Origin: Stylophora pistillata
Lineage: Eukaryota
DNA length: 64,000 bases
Assembly: GCF_002571385.2 (NCBI RefSeq)
Contig: NW_019218285.1
Coordinates: 42,560 to 106,559, forward strand
Direction of reading: 5' to 3'
Positions 11,701 to 23,900 of this stretch are shown piece after piece. The notes under the pieces were generated by a model, which had not been told where the DNA came from, searched no databases, and saw nothing but the letters and a program-made list of their open reading frames with translations. The position numbers and the translations under genes were made by a program. Within the stretch, counting starts at the first letter, position 1. Every line of letters starts with the position of its first letter.

Positions 11701-14130
11701 GGACCATACTGAAAGAATATTGGCTCTCAGTCTTTTTTGTATGGACCTCGCTGCGCTCGGTCCATACTGTGAAGACCTGATNGGGCCGATATTCTCCCAG
11801 TACGGCCCTCGCGCTTGATTAATAAGATATATTTATACCATTTTGCCTGAGTTCTAAAGTAAACAGTAGAGTAACATGTTACCATGTAGTCTGATTGTCT
11901 TCATAAGAGCAGTCCTGAGAAGAACTGTCGTCTGTAGACACAATTGATATTTCAATATCCTTAATAGAAATCACCATCATCATTAGAACTGAATATGACG
12001 TGATTCTGCTAGACAAGTGTTGTTAAAGACATTCACTTCTATCAGCGATTACCTCAGTTCTTCTAAGGACTACTCTCACACAAAGGTCAGGCTACATCAC
12101 CAGATGCCCATGAATTCTACAGTCTCATGAATATAAAAAAGTTTCCCAGCTTTTAATGTGGTTTATAAGATTCCAAGAAGAGAGTAATTTCAAACTTAAG
12201 CACTTGTTTTTTCCTTTTTTTTTTTTTTTTTTTTTTAAAAAAATGACTTGGATACTACACTGGGTTTTAAAATGCATTTAAGTAACATCATATTTCCATG
12301 GTTGTGATGTTTTGAGACAGCACCTACTTTTCAGAAATATTTAAAAAATGCAATAAAATCCCCTGGACACCATGAAGGTTTGGAGAATAATCACAAAGAG
12401 TTACTCATAATCTAACCTTTCCTGGACCTAACATTACTCTTGTTGCCTCTTCGGTATAGAAGTCCCATCCCCCCCTCCTTTAACAGCACCATTCTCTCTG
12501 GGTTGAGATGAGATAGTGGGGTTAAAAAGCTAAGAGACTGGGCACAAGTGAGATACTCACATGACAAATTTCCTGAGGTTTACATTTATTTAGGAGTGTA
12601 CCACACTCAGCACTCAGAGACTTCTACCAACCTTGTTTCACTATTCTCTGTTTCGTTCAGCTCTTTCAAACAAGATTTGTATTTTCTAAATATCTTTTTT
12701 TTCTCTGCATAGAAATAGAAATCTTCAATCAATTATCTTAAAACAACATTTTCTTAAGAGTTGGTAATGAGATCTTTGAATCAATTTGGACAAAAATTGT
12801 AACCATGAATAGAAAGGGTGGTAAATCGAATAATTACGGTGTTAGGAAAAAATAAATACTTCTACTTTGTTTTCTATTTGGTGGGAAACATGGTAACCTT
12901 ATAGTTAGCTTGTTAGGTCTAGTCTTTGTGTTGTGTCCCTGGAACAAAACAATGCCACCCTCCACCCTGGAGTAGCAAAGGGTAATGCTTCCCATCCAGG
13001 GAGGAGAGGTCATACTCCTACTCACTTCATGCTACAGAAATCAGATAAGCTCCTGCCAGATGGGCCACTTGAATTGAATTATGTTCAAGATTATACAATT
13101 CCTTTTCTCCCTGTGACCTTTTTTTCAAAATTTATTGCACAAGTTCTGTAAACCACTACTGTGCATAGAATAAAAGTGTCAGAATCACTTACCAAAGAAT
13201 ATGACTTTTTTCGATCTTTTTTCGATCTTTTTCTGTTTGTCTTCCTTTGCTTTATCCTTAATAGTCTCTTTTAAGACATCAAGCATTCGCTCTTGGACAA
13301 CTCTCACAGTTGCTGGAAGATCACTCTTAAAAAATGGGAAAAATATACCTAATGGTCCATGGTAGAAGAACACACATTTTGGGCTTTCTTCTCAAGGATG
13401 TGAGAGATGGTGAGCCAGTGATCTCAGGAGTAAAAGAGTTGAAAAAGTTTGGGTCTTGATAGAAAAGGGAAAACTGATTAATAGTTGTTCTACTTAAGAG
13501 TAGACAAAAGGAGTTTGCTTGCCATGCATTGTATCTGATTTCTCCATACAGTATCACTTCTGTACCAAACATTTGAGTCATGAGAATTAAGAAAATGATC
13601 ATCAACCTGTTACAAGAGGCTCTCCCTGTCAGAACTGTAGTAAATGTATAGTGAACAGTATGGAGAAGAATAATACATTCAAGTTAACTACTGTGACTGC
13701 TGTGACCGGGATTATTCTTTTGAGGCTCGAGTTATCTTACAATCACGTGACATAAAGCACTCACTTAACCGCAAGGATGGGTACAGTTCAGGCGTGATTC
13801 TTCTCTCGCCTCGTCCGACTATTTTTTTTTAATTTTTAAAATCTTTTTTACAGCAACAATGCCCTATGTGCAAAAAAGAACTTCGTGGCTGTTCTTAACG
13901 CAGAACTCTACTGAACAAAGCTACTTCAAACAGCTCACGAAAAAATTTGATATGACGCGCTGCAAATTACATCTAGAACGACATCGTTCGATTTGTCTCA
14001 CCTTTTTAAGCAGTCTCTGTACGTCTCTGACTTTATTTTTGAGGGACTTATTGTGTTTAATCTTTTCCCGATCGCTTTGCAAAGCCTTTGAGAGACGGTT
14101 AAACCCACGGTTTCTTGATCTTGGACCCAT
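8783..14130 (-). CDS. EFG1: rRNA-processing protein EFG1-like, copy 1 (exons 1-7 intact; original exon 8 replaced by the NUMT)
   Basis: GT-AG exons 14130-14002, 13325-13193, 12704-12632, 11409-11355, 10927-10849, 9733-9560 and 8860-8783 splice in frame: MGPRSR...KNKVRDVQRLLKKSDLPATVRVVQERMLDVLK...KKVIFFEKKKIFRKYK...QQWNYVYHFPGNTKYISLFP...EDDFFM. This matches the Efg1 family pattern as I recall it (K-RD--RLL, LP---R---ER-L, FFE-KK, NY---FP---KYISL-P, acidic DDFF tail). Confidence 0.85.
10488..10674. mobile_element. Small MITE-like insertion in an EFG1 intron
   Basis: Terminal inverted repeats gaggccctgataggg / ccctaacaggccctc, flanked by attata on both sides. Absent from the paralogous intron (~54712). 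Confidence 0.7.
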
Positions 14131-15336
14131 GATGGTGAGCACTGCTTTGTTACAGGAGCATGGGTTGTACTTACGTTACTGTCCGATAAAACATCCGAGG
14201 AGTACTAGAAACTAGTTTCCGAGTCGGGTGGTTCTCGGAAATTGTCGCAAAATCTGTTATGGCGGAACTTATTATTTGCGAATTGTCAAAAGTCGAGCGA
14301 GGTTGATGAACAAGACTTATATTTTTTTATTTACCTTACAGGGTGAAGAGTAAGTCAAGGAACTGTCTGTTACGTGCTGCTGTCTCACAGAGGACAGAGC
14401 TAAAGAATAAATGCTACGTCAAAGGGTATGCGGTCAACAACGCGGGCTCAGGTGTTGTAGGTCTAAAATTTAGCGAAATTAGCGGATAAAAAGAAGGGCT
14501 GACATTTAAAACCAAGGGACTTTGTTTTCGTCAAAGGCATTTTCCTATTTCCAGAGTTTTTAAGGAGAAAATTAATTTTTAGGGGGTGTACCAAGTTTTT
14601 GGAGGTTGTTCTGTAAAAGAAAAGCAGCTAGGAAAACGACACCTCGAAGCAACAGAATAGGAAATCAACCCTGCGAACGACTCAAAATTCGTGTTTCCAC
14701 ACTGTCATTCAGCTCTGTCCCAACAGAGCACTTTTAAGGAGGCGCACGCTGAGGCACGGTGCCCGCGAAATATAAGTCAGCGTGAACTCGCCAAGAAAAG
14801 ATGAGGGCAGAGAGGGGGGAAAGGGAAGACTGACTGACTGGTTTCTCTTTTAAGACCAGGAATTAATGTTCTTTGCAAACAACAAGCAAACAAACGAGAG
14901 GAAAATTAAAAAAGAAAAGGTTATTTTGTTCATTCTCAATTCTGCGATGTTCTGTCTTATTCCCAAGACACCATAAGCCTTCACCCTCCCCCTCCGTCGC
15001 AAAGTGCAAATTTTCTTTCCGCTAGTTTTCTTAGAATCGAGATCCGGAAATACACCGGAAGCTACATCTTATCAAATAAAAAGCTGAGAGAGTAAGATTC
15101 ACCCGAAAGGTGCCTGTACTTGTTCCATGTGAGACTTCAAAATTCATTTATCTTTGAAAGATCAGGACTCAAAGGCAAAACATTTGCCTCACCAGGTGCA
15201 TCATTGCCAGCAAAGCAAGGAGACATTTTTCCACATCAAACAGAAAACTGTAAAACAGTTTTACTCCGACAATATTGCAAAGGAATTTAGCGCTTGAAGA
15301 TTGGTCAAGTGCAGTAACTTCAATATTACTTCTTGA

Positions 15337-16423
15337 AGGGAAAGTACGGTCTTGAAAAAGTTAACTTATGTCAAAAGTTACTTACGAGCGTTTTCCTAAT
15401 TGGCTGATCATTTGAGCGAAAAGCGTTTTAGTTGCGAACAATTACGTTCCAAATATCAGCATTTTCAATTTGAAAACCGCCATCTTTGTTATGACGTAGC
15501 AATAGATAAGCATGCTCCCTTTGTTATGACGTAGCAATAAATAAGCATGCTCCTGCTGAGATGGATGTAAACAAAGAAGGACAACAGTGGCGAGGAGAGC
15601 TCTACTAAGTAAAGTCTTGACTTGGGCGATAGGATATGATATCCTGAAACATGGGCGCCTGCTTAACGAAGGATAATTTCATATTTTGCAAATGTGTCTA
15701 GGATATTTACCGGCAGTGTATTAAATTCCCTTTAGTTTTCTTTCGTAAAAGTATGAGACTGGTGGGTAAAGAAAAGTTACTTGGTGGACTCACAACAGAC
15801 ATATAAAAGACAAGATATACTTATACACTGTTTGGAAAAGCTAACGATATCGAAAGGCAGTTTTGGTCAATAAGACGGATGGTTTCAAAAAACAATATAG
15901 AATAAATAAATGAACATCGTGGCGAATGTGGAAAAGGTAAACGTAGCTTTCAGTTTGAGGCGAAGGTCAACAAGAACAACTTTCATGCCTGTGTGCATGT
16001 ATCTCGCTGGAAGTCTTCTGGACGGGTTTGCAGGGTTTGGCGAGCCATCCTTGCGGGTTTTTCTTGTCAGCCAAATTTATTTTCATATTTCATAGCCCGG
16101 TAGCCTGTGGAGGCTTACACAATTTCCTTTTGAATTTAGCGTGTATTTTGACATTCAGCCACAAGACAGTTCGCCAGAGTTCAACTACTTGAAATTGTTC
16201 TCACAAAGGTCGACCAGGTCAACAAGGACAAAGCGTCGAACAAAGTTTGAGAATTGCTATCCGAGATAGCGTGTTTCTAACCACGAAAGTTGTGAAAAAA
16301 GGCAATTTCAAAGCATTCTTACCGCTAATGCTAAGCAAACTGTATAAAATGGCAGTTACTTTCGAACTCCTGAGGAAAAAGTCTTCTAACTAAGATAAAT
16401 ATTTTCTCGACCGTACTTTCCCT
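15337..16423. mobile_element. Non-autonomous TIR DNA transposon (Kolobok-like: RR termini, TTAA-type target)
   Basis: TIR AGGGAAAGTACGGTC...GACCGTACTTTCCCT, flanked by TTGA and TTAA. Internal ~35-bp tandem duplication at 15484-15553. Absent from the paralog (~60220). Confidence 0.72.
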
Positions 16424-16959
16424 TTAAACATTGTAATATCTCAAATTACTCAAATTAACCTCTCCAATCCAAACTATGTCCTTGTCATCCTGATAGGTTT
16501 CTTTTATAGCAGAGATATTTTTCTACCAGCTGGCACTTTTTCCTAAAGCCGCTTTGTACACCAATTCTCAAATACTTTGGGTGCATTTTGGGGTCGGACT
16601 TACGAAAATGTATCCTGGCTTTTGCCTCCGCATGCCGTGAACATGACAATTTTTTGGATCACCTCGAATGATTCACTCGAATGACTCCCTGCATTCCCGT
16701 AAGCTGACTGAAAAATTTTCTCGCCATCCAAGTCCTTCTACGACCTTACTATAATTTTCAATCTCTCTGAAGACATTTAATATTGAGATGTTATCAAACG
16801 ACTCGCTCAGATTAATAATGACGCCCATCTCTAAAAACTACCACAGGTTAGCGACTGACTGCCTTGAAGATTCGGATAGACTGTTGATCTCAAGTATATA
16901 CGTTTAGATGTCGTTTGTTATGGATATTTTTTGTTTTTTTTAACAAAAATAATGATCTT

Positions 16960-17488
16960 GAACTTGAACTTGAACTTTATTTTTATTTAGACACGGTAAA
17001 TCTATCAGATAAAATGATAATATTATTACAATCTATTATTACAGTTACAATCTATTTTAATCTATATAAACATGATCTAAAATTTAAAAGTNNNNNNNNN
17101 NNNNNNNNNNNNNNNNTGGAAATCAAATTGTTTTCAGTGAGATAACCGTAAACCTGGTCGTAAATGATACGCTCAAACACCTTAGCTACTATAGGGACGA
17201 TAGAAATTGGGCGATAATTGTTTAAGTCGGAGTGATCTCCCTCTTTGAAAAGTGGGATAACCTTTGCGCATTTCCATTCCTGAGGGAAAACACCTGATCT
17301 GATGGACTGATTAAAAATAGAACACAATGGATCAGCTATCAGATCGGCGCACTCCCTAAGAAGTCGCGAAGATATCATATCTAAGCCTGTGGCTTTCGAT
17401 TTACAAAGCTTAGACAAAAGTGAGAACACTTTAGAAGGATTAATACATTTTAACTCAAAACGTTTGTCAGTTCCCTCAAGGTAATGTA
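16960..17488 (-). mobile_element. 5'-truncated CR1/L2-clade LINE fragment
   Basis: RT peptide PQEWKCAKVIPLFKEGDHSDLNNYRPISIVPIVAKVFERII, a (CAAGTT)n tail near 16960-16980, and gatctt on both flanks. Absent from the paralog (~60740). Confidence 0.85.
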
Positions 17489-17915
17489 GATCTTTAGCTT
17501 GCGGAATCTGTGCGGAAATTTGATGGAAGGCTCACGGTTACTGTCGCTTTATTCGACTCCTTTCTCCAAGATGTGTTTTAATGAACGTGGCACTAGCAAG
17601 TGCGACTTTGTATAAGCACAACATTCCCAGGATAATTTTTGTTAGCTAGAGTGGAACAAATACTGGAAATATGCACCAAATAAGAAACCTCTCAGAGAAT
17701 ACACCACGAACATCACGATCGTCACTATTGTTCGCTGCAATAGATATCTCGCAGAGCTCAGTTTGTACTGATCGTTTCCACGAACCCTTGTTTCTTTTTG
17801 ACATTAACTCAAGTGCATATAAAACAGCTTCAAACTTAGATATCGCTGAAATTTGCGGTCAAGCCGAGAGAGAGTAATCTGCACGCCGCAAATTGGAAGG
17901 TTGGAGGAATAAAGG

Positions 17916-20900
17916 ATGGAATCGGAAGAAAAGGTTGAAAAGCTCAAAGAACTATTCCAAAGTCTGTCAAGGCCTCTTTTAAGAGCAATTCTTTGCAACA
18001 ACGAAGTCGATGGCAACTTAACTGCAGCCGTTCGGTGGATACAAAAATTTGAACCGGCGAAAACTACCAAGATGCCCTATCTGCCTGCAGTAGCTGCTGA
18101 AAAGGAGTTAAAAGAGGGTTCATGTTGCACTCCTGATGTTGGATTTAGCCAGAAGGAAAAGAACTGGACAGGAGAAGGTAAACTGAATAAAGACGCTTAC
18201 ACTGCTCAGACCCTAGACTTGAAATGCTGTGTCATTCGACGACATGCCAAGAAAACAACAAAAGAGGAGTGAAGGGTTAGATAGTCTGCGTTGATCAGCA
18301 AACAGGTTTAAATTCAGACAGCAGAAGATTCATAATTGCAACATTTTAGTCCACGGATACCAATTTCTTTTATTATCCTTCACAGGAAATAGCCAGCAAG
18401 CCAGAGAGCCAGACCCTCACAGTTCAACAAACCAAGACTACCACCAAAACAGCTATCAAATCAATCACCTCCACAGTTCAGCAAGCCACCACCAACACCA
18501 ACAAAACTACAATCGACTCAGTCATCTTCACAGTCCGGCAAGCTAGAACCCCCACCAAAACCACGGCCAGCTCTATCGCCTTCACAGTCCAGCAAGCCAA
18601 TATCAAAACCACAATGAACTATATCACCTTCACGGTTCAGCAAACCACCGCCACCATCTGCTGCTCCAAAACCCCGGTCAGCTCAATTGCCTTCACAGTC
18701 CAGCAAACTAAGACTACCACCAAAGCCACAATCCAATCCGGCATCTTCACAATCTCGCAAGCCACCACCACCACCATCAAAGCCACAACTAACTACATCA
18801 TCTTCACAGTACAGCAAATCACTACCACTACTCCACCTGTTGCATCAAATCCACGATCACCTCAATCACCTCCACAGCTCATTAGGCCAGAACAACCAAA
18901 ACCACGGTCGGCCCCATTGCATCCACAATTTAGCAAACAAGAACCACCACCAAAACCACTAACAACTCAGTCATCTTCACAGTCCAGCAAACTACCACCG
19001 CCTTCATGTGTTGCGCCGAATATGCGATCAGCTCAATCTATGTCACAAACCAGGAAACCACTACCGCCACCTGTTGCACCAAAAAAACAATGAACTCGAT
19101 CACTTTCACAGTCCAGAAAACGAGAACGTTCGCCAGAATTAACTCGATCACCTTCATCGTCCAGCAGGAGAGCATTACCACGAAAACCTCTGTCAGATCC
19201 CTCACCTTCACCATCAGACGAGTCAACACCGCCTGTTGCACCGAAACCACGATCAACTCGATCACGCTCACAGTCCAGAAAACGACAGCGTTCGCCAGAA
19301 TTAACTCGATCACCTTCGCCGTCTAAAAGGAAAGCATCACCACGAAAACCAGTCTCAACGAGCACACCAGAACGTCCATTGGAGTCAACTCATTCACTTT
19401 CACCGTTCGGCAGGCAAGCATTACCAGCACCAAAACCGCATTCATCAGGATTTACAAAACAAAGAATCAATTTCAGGCAGGAAGTAGGTAACACATTCGA
19501 AAAAAAAGGTGCAAAACCCAAGAGGTCAATTAAGTTGGATTCTGTAATCTACTACATTGCTTACAATTCAAAGCAGATACATTTCGTCTCAGCTGCGTCC
19601 TAGCTAAGTTTACCTGAACCAATACAGGTAACCCACAAATATCATAATTTGATTTGAGTACAAATGCAAATCTTTATTATTTGGGAGGGTTAACTTTTTT
19701 CCTCTTTCGTTTAGATTGACGATTACAGGGATTGAAACAGTTACAAAAAAGTTCTATATGAAATCTTATTTTGTAAGAAGGCTCTCCATAAGTGTAACCT
19801 ATTGGGTTTGTATCCATTGTTATGACGTCATTGTTTATACGTCATGGTCATGTGACCTGGTGCTCTTCCACGTGTTCGTTCGATCGTAAAAAACTATGTT
19901 GTGTTTGATTTACCTGAGCGGTTTGCTGTCTCCCCACAATCTTATCATGGTGTCAGGAGTGGAATTTTAACCCATTTTCGGAGTTGACAGTGGCTGCTAC
20001 GTCTTCCTGAAAGTTTCAACGATTTTTCCGCGGCTGTTAGCTGACAGAAAAGGTTATAGTCTGCGTTCAATTCTCATATAACATAGCCACCACGACTGCC
20101 GAAGCTCCTGCTCCGCTGAATCTATCCGACCGTTTGCACCAAGGTGAAAACTGGAAATTGTTTCGCCGAGAGTGGAAATTGTATGAACTAGCAGCTAGTA
20201 TTCATAGGAAGGCGGATGAAGTTCGTGTTGCTTCTTTCTTAAACGTTGTTGGCAAGGAGGGATTGGACGTGTACGAAACCTTTCAGTGTGAGGATGCGTC
20301 TCATGCTCTTAAAATCGACAAAGATTTGGAAAAGTTTGAAGAGCGCTGCGTTCCTGCTCGGAATGAAACGTCCGAAAGGTTTGTTTTCTTCAAACGTGAG
20401 GAATTGTTGAGTGAGTCGCTCGATTGCTACATAACAGCATTGATGAAGCTGTCTGAGCACTGTGGTTTTGGAACGCTCCGTGAATCGCTTGTTCGCGATC
20501 GTTTGATTCTTAGAGTAAAGGATGACAAGCTCCTTGGAAAAGCGCCTTGGAAAGCGCGATCTCGACTTGGATAAAGCCGTTGAAATGATCAAGGCTAGTC
20601 AGGTTACTCATTGATTTCGCGAGCCTCGGAAATTTCAAGTGAAGCTTCGGTGCAGGAAGATATCAATGCTCTGAAACACAAACCTAAGCCACAGAGGAAA
20701 TCGGAGAAAAGGATGCTCATGAAAAATTCCACTCGAAACCTGTCGTCTTTCAGGAAACTTAAAGAATGTCTCTTCTGCGGTGGCAAACATGCGCTTGACA
20801 GATGCCCATGTCCAGCATCTGGACAAACATGCCAGAAATGAGGCAAAGTTGGACACTTCGCAGTCAAATGTTGCAGTAAGTCTGAGAATGTGAATGTTAA

Positions 20901-23900
20901 TGATGTAAAGGAAGTTTTGTACATAAATGACATCGGTGGCAAAGATCAGGTTCTTGTTCCAGTCACTCTAAGTGACACTGTTTCAATAACATTCTAGATT
21001 GATACAGGCTCATCAGTAAATATTTTGCCACTAGAGGATTACATCAGAGCCAATAATGATTTCAAAAGAACTAGCATTGTTCCTAAAGATATATCACTAG
21101 CGATGCATGATCACTCAAAGCGAAAGGCATTGGGTTCTGCGAGGATGAAAGTTGAGAATAATGGCAAAAAACATGAACTGAACTTTGTCATTGTTGATCA
21201 AAGGCTTACACCTTTCTTGGGCTTAAAGTCTTGTCAAGGTATGGGTCTCGTTAAAATTATGGTCTCCGGTGTTCATGCCCCTGTTAAGAATGTTGCTGCT
21301 ACTCCAGAGAAAGCTGTATCTGAGAGTATTACTACAGATTCTGTGCTTAGACCCTTTGCTGATGTATTTCAAGATATTGGTTGTTTACTTGGTGTTGACA
21401 GTATTTCATTACATCGGAATGTAAGTCCTGTAGTTCATCCTCCTCGTAGAGTGGCTTTTCCGAAGAAAGATGCCCTGAAGGCAGAGCTGGAAAACTTGGT
21501 TAACAACCAGATTACTACACCTGTTATTGAGCCAACCAATTGGGTATCCAGTGTCTTGGCCGTGCTGTAAAATGATGGATCAATCCGTGTATGCCTGGAC
21601 CCCAAAGATTTGAACATGGCTATTAAACGTTCACACTACCCCCTACCTACAGTGAATGATACTACGTTCCGACTCACCAAGGCAAAGGTCTTCATTGTCA
21701 TGGATGCCGCGTGCAAAAAGTGGGTTTGACTAGTGAAGCTATCAGAGAGTTCCAGCTATTACACCACGTTTTACATTCCATTTGGCAGTTTTCGCTGGTT
21801 AAGAATGCCCTTTGGCATTTCTTCTGCGCCTGAAGTATGGCAGCGGAAAATGAATGAAGCAATTGAGGGTCTTCGGGGAGCGGAGGTCATAGCTGATGAC
21901 TTTCTCGTGTGTGGTTTTGGAGACACAATTGCAGATGCAGTCCTGGATCACGATCAGAATTTAAATGCTTTTCTTGAAAGGTGCCGGAGTCTGAATCTGA
22001 CACTTAATACTCAGAAAGTCAAGCTCCGCCTCTACGAAGTACCTTTCATGGGTCATTTGCTAACTGCTGATGGTACCATTACAGATCCAAGCAAGATCCT
22101 TGCTATTAAGGACATGCCTACCTGAACAGTTGTGACATCACTGAAGAGATTTCTTGGCATGGTTAATTATCTGGCAAAGTTCCTTCCAAACCTGTCCAGT
22201 GTATCGGAACCATTGCATCAGCAAGTTAAAAATGCAGTTCAGCCGGCATGGAATACCGGAGATTGTCATTTCAGTACGATTCCGCCGATTTTACCAAGTT
22301 TGCAAAAGACTGGCATTTCTAACAGATTACCTCCTCGCCTCGCAACCCTCAAAGCAACGGAAAGGTTGAGAGTGCAGTTAAAATCTGTGCAAATATCATG
22401 AAGAAGGCAGCTCTTGGAAAGTTTGATCCATATCTTGCCCTTTTAGACTATCCCATTACACCTACTGAAATTGGCTCCTCTCCGGCTCAAAGGCTGTTCA
22501 GCAGAAGAACGCGCAACCTGCTACTGCTAACACCAAGACTGCTTGAACAAGCAACAGTTCCTCCCATGGATGTGCAGCAAAAGCTAATTGCCACCAGACA
22601 AAAGCAGGCCTACTACTATAACCTCAAAGGAAAGGCATTGCCTGAACTACTACCTAGTCAGACTGTTAGGATTGAGGCAGTTTGTAAGAAAATGATCGGA
22701 TGAGGTCCTGACAAGATTACCTCAAGAGGACTCAAACTTGGTGGAGATGCTGTAGCAATTGGCCTGTCGTATGTGATGGAAGTAAGTTTAAAAAGCTCAA
22801 GTTACCCTCCTCGATGGAAGCTGAGTAAAGTAAAAGCTCTACCTAAAAAGGGACATAGCTCTGAAAGAGGTGACTTTCGGGCTATTTCTCTCTTGAGTAT
22901 TCCTAGCAAAGTGTACTAGGGCATAATAGGAGATTCCATTGAATGCCATTTTAATAAGGGAGGCTTGTCCAGCAAAATCCAGTGGGGTTTTAAAACTGGC
23001 AGGTCAACAGAACTCTTAATGATGATGATGATGATGACTTTATTTAAACTCGGATGAAAATGAGACTTGTTAGGCCTCTAGCAATAAAGATGCTAATATA
23101 CCGAGAAAAATATATGAAGATAAATTACAGAGTTTGAAAATAACATAAGCCTAAATATAAATGATGATATAAATGATGGTGATATAAAATTACAAATTAC
23201 TTAGATTTCTTATCTCATTCCTGAAAGGGCCAAATTGGGCCATTACTCTTAGTTTATCAGGTAATGTATTCCAAGCCTTAGCAGCAGTGCAAAAAGTTGA
23301 TTTGAGGCCGAAAGTTGTGGTCTTAGCTACAAACAAGTTTGTTTTTGCCCCTAAGATTTTTCTTATTTTCTTTAGTATTTACGTCAATGATCTGTCTGAG
23401 GTGCCTAGTTGTGGAAAGATGGAAATGTTTGCTGGCGACACAACTCTATATTGTAAAGGTAATTCCATAGATGATGTCAGCCTTAAGATCCAAACTTCTT
23501 TAACTGAAATAGCTAAGTGGTGTAACAAGAATTGTTGAACAATTCATCGCGATAAAACTGCGGTTATGCTTCTTACCCGTAATGTTTTCATTGCTCCTCT
23601 ACGACCAATCAAACTGGGTGGTCATGCCATTAACTATGTCAACAAGTCATAATGTCTTGGGTTTATGATTGACAATAAGTTAAGCTGGGGACACCACATC
23701 AAAGAGCTATCAATACCTATGGCCAAGAAGGTGAAGCAACTGCGCAGGTTTAAAAGCCTTCCCTCTCATATCTTGGAGTCTATATATTTTAAAGGAATTT
23801 TACCAAGCATCACTTATGGAATTTGTGTATGGGGTAACTGTAGTGAAGCAAAATTAGGTGTTTTAGGGAAAATTCACCTGAGTGCTTCCAAGCTCATCTT

